Shown here piece after piece: positions 41,233 through 41,498 of a stretch of 41,498 bases of DNA (position 1 is the stretch's first letter; each line of letters starts with the position of its first letter). This DNA comes from an uncultured Frankiaceae bacterium (lineage in GTDB: Bacteria > Actinomycetota > Actinomycetes > JAFAQI01). Under the pieces are notes generated by a model that worked only from the letters and a program-made list of their open reading frames with translations, made no database searches and was not told where the DNA came from. Both the position numbers and the translations under genes were made by a program. The stretch spans positions 1 to 41,498 of the forward strand of contig CAZEAM010000138.1 in the NCBI GenBank assembly GCA_964510285.1. Reading direction: 5' to 3'.

Positions 41233-41294
41233 CGCCGAACTTGCAGGAATCAACGCTTTCGCGCTCGTTTTCGGTTGGATTGTGCAAGTTCGCG
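41233..41294. repeat. 62-bp palindromic intergenic element, copy 3 (inverted orientation)
   Basis: The reverse complement reads CGCGAACTTGCACAATCCAACCGAAAACGAGCGCGAAAGCGTTGATTCCTGCAAGTTCGGCG. Perfect 10-bp outer stem. Sits between the convergent stops at 41226 (+) and 41297 (-). Confidence 0.8.
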
Positions 41295-41296
41295 GA

Positions 41297-41498
41297 TCAG
41301 CGCCAGGCGAACACGGGTTGCTCGAAGTGGGCGACCCGGGTCGTCCGGCCGTGCAGTGCAAGCTCGCGAAACTGGTAGACGACCGCCGCCGTCGGCGCGT
41401 GGATCCAGGCGCCCAGCATGGGCAGCCGGATGATCGGGTCCGGTGACTCCGGGATCGAGGCGAACATCGGGTCGACGTCGTAGTCGCCGGCATGCGCG
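41297..41498 (-). CDS. hypothetical protein, C-terminal fragment (5' end beyond the right window edge)
   Basis: Absent from the ORF track because no start lies in the window. My reverse-strand translation ends ...[66 protein letters not shown], with TGA at 41299..41297. GC3-rich with balanced composition, unlike the Arg/Pro-rich track ORF 40783..41493. Confidence 0.5.
   Translation of the reverse strand, partial: AHAGDYDVDPMFASIPESPDPIIRLPMLGAWIHAPTAAVVYQFRELALHGRTTRVAHFEQPVFAWR

Noticed and set aside
40783-41493. 236-aa minus-strand track ORF overlapping the cNMP-binding gene
   Set aside because: Its composition is Arg/Pro/Ser-rich and it lies antisense to a motif-bearing CDS. A different minus-strand frame (41297..41498, open to the window edge) looks genuinely coding instead.

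Overview
This is a high-G+C, strongly GC3-biased, actinobacterial-type chromosomal segment. I call 44 tightly packed CDS (two of them partial, at the window edges). Most are paralogous lipid/steroid-type beta-oxidation and redox genes:
- 5 AMP-dependent acyl-CoA synthetases
- 4 acyl-CoA dehydrogenase (ACAD) family genes, including an adjacent alpha/beta-type pair
- 3 enoyl-CoA hydratases
- a thiolase, a family III CoA-transferase, a PaaI thioesterase and an SDR
- 2 aldehyde dehydrogenases and 2 Zn-alcohol dehydrogenases
- 3 luciferase-like (LLM) oxidoreductases and 3 NTF2/SnoaL-like proteins
- a DUF35 OB-fold protein, one TetR regulator, two lipoproteins, a Tat-signal GH29 fucosidase and a stand-alone cNMP-binding protein

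I saw no rRNA, tRNA, CRISPR array, transposase or integrase. All family calls come from motifs read by eye in the supplied translations, since no database search was possible.

The features the gene list does not explain:
1. A 17-21 bp palindrome (TATCTGACG-N3-CGTCAGATA) occurs at five promoter regions (seven copies). It usually overlaps a TANNNT -10 hexamer placed 6-7 nt before the start codon. I read it as the operator of a window-wide regulon of apparently leaderless transcripts, probably controlled by the divergent TetR. One locus carries it inside a 3 x 57-58 bp tandem duplication.
2. An unrecognised protein has a polyproline N-terminus followed by four exact-period 37-aa aromatic/Cys repeats.
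3. A flavin-reductase domain is fused to an IclR-type effector-binding domain with no HTH. It sits in a translationally coupled operon next to a DoxX protein and an LLM monooxygenase.
4. Two families of structured intergenic repeats are present: 62-bp palindromic elements (3 copies) and 84-bp elements with 18-19 bp terminal inverted repeats (2 copies).
5. A GGGCGGAACGCCC repeat array lies in a 376-bp gap.
6. A near-consensus KstR-type box lies upstream of the cNMP-binding gene.
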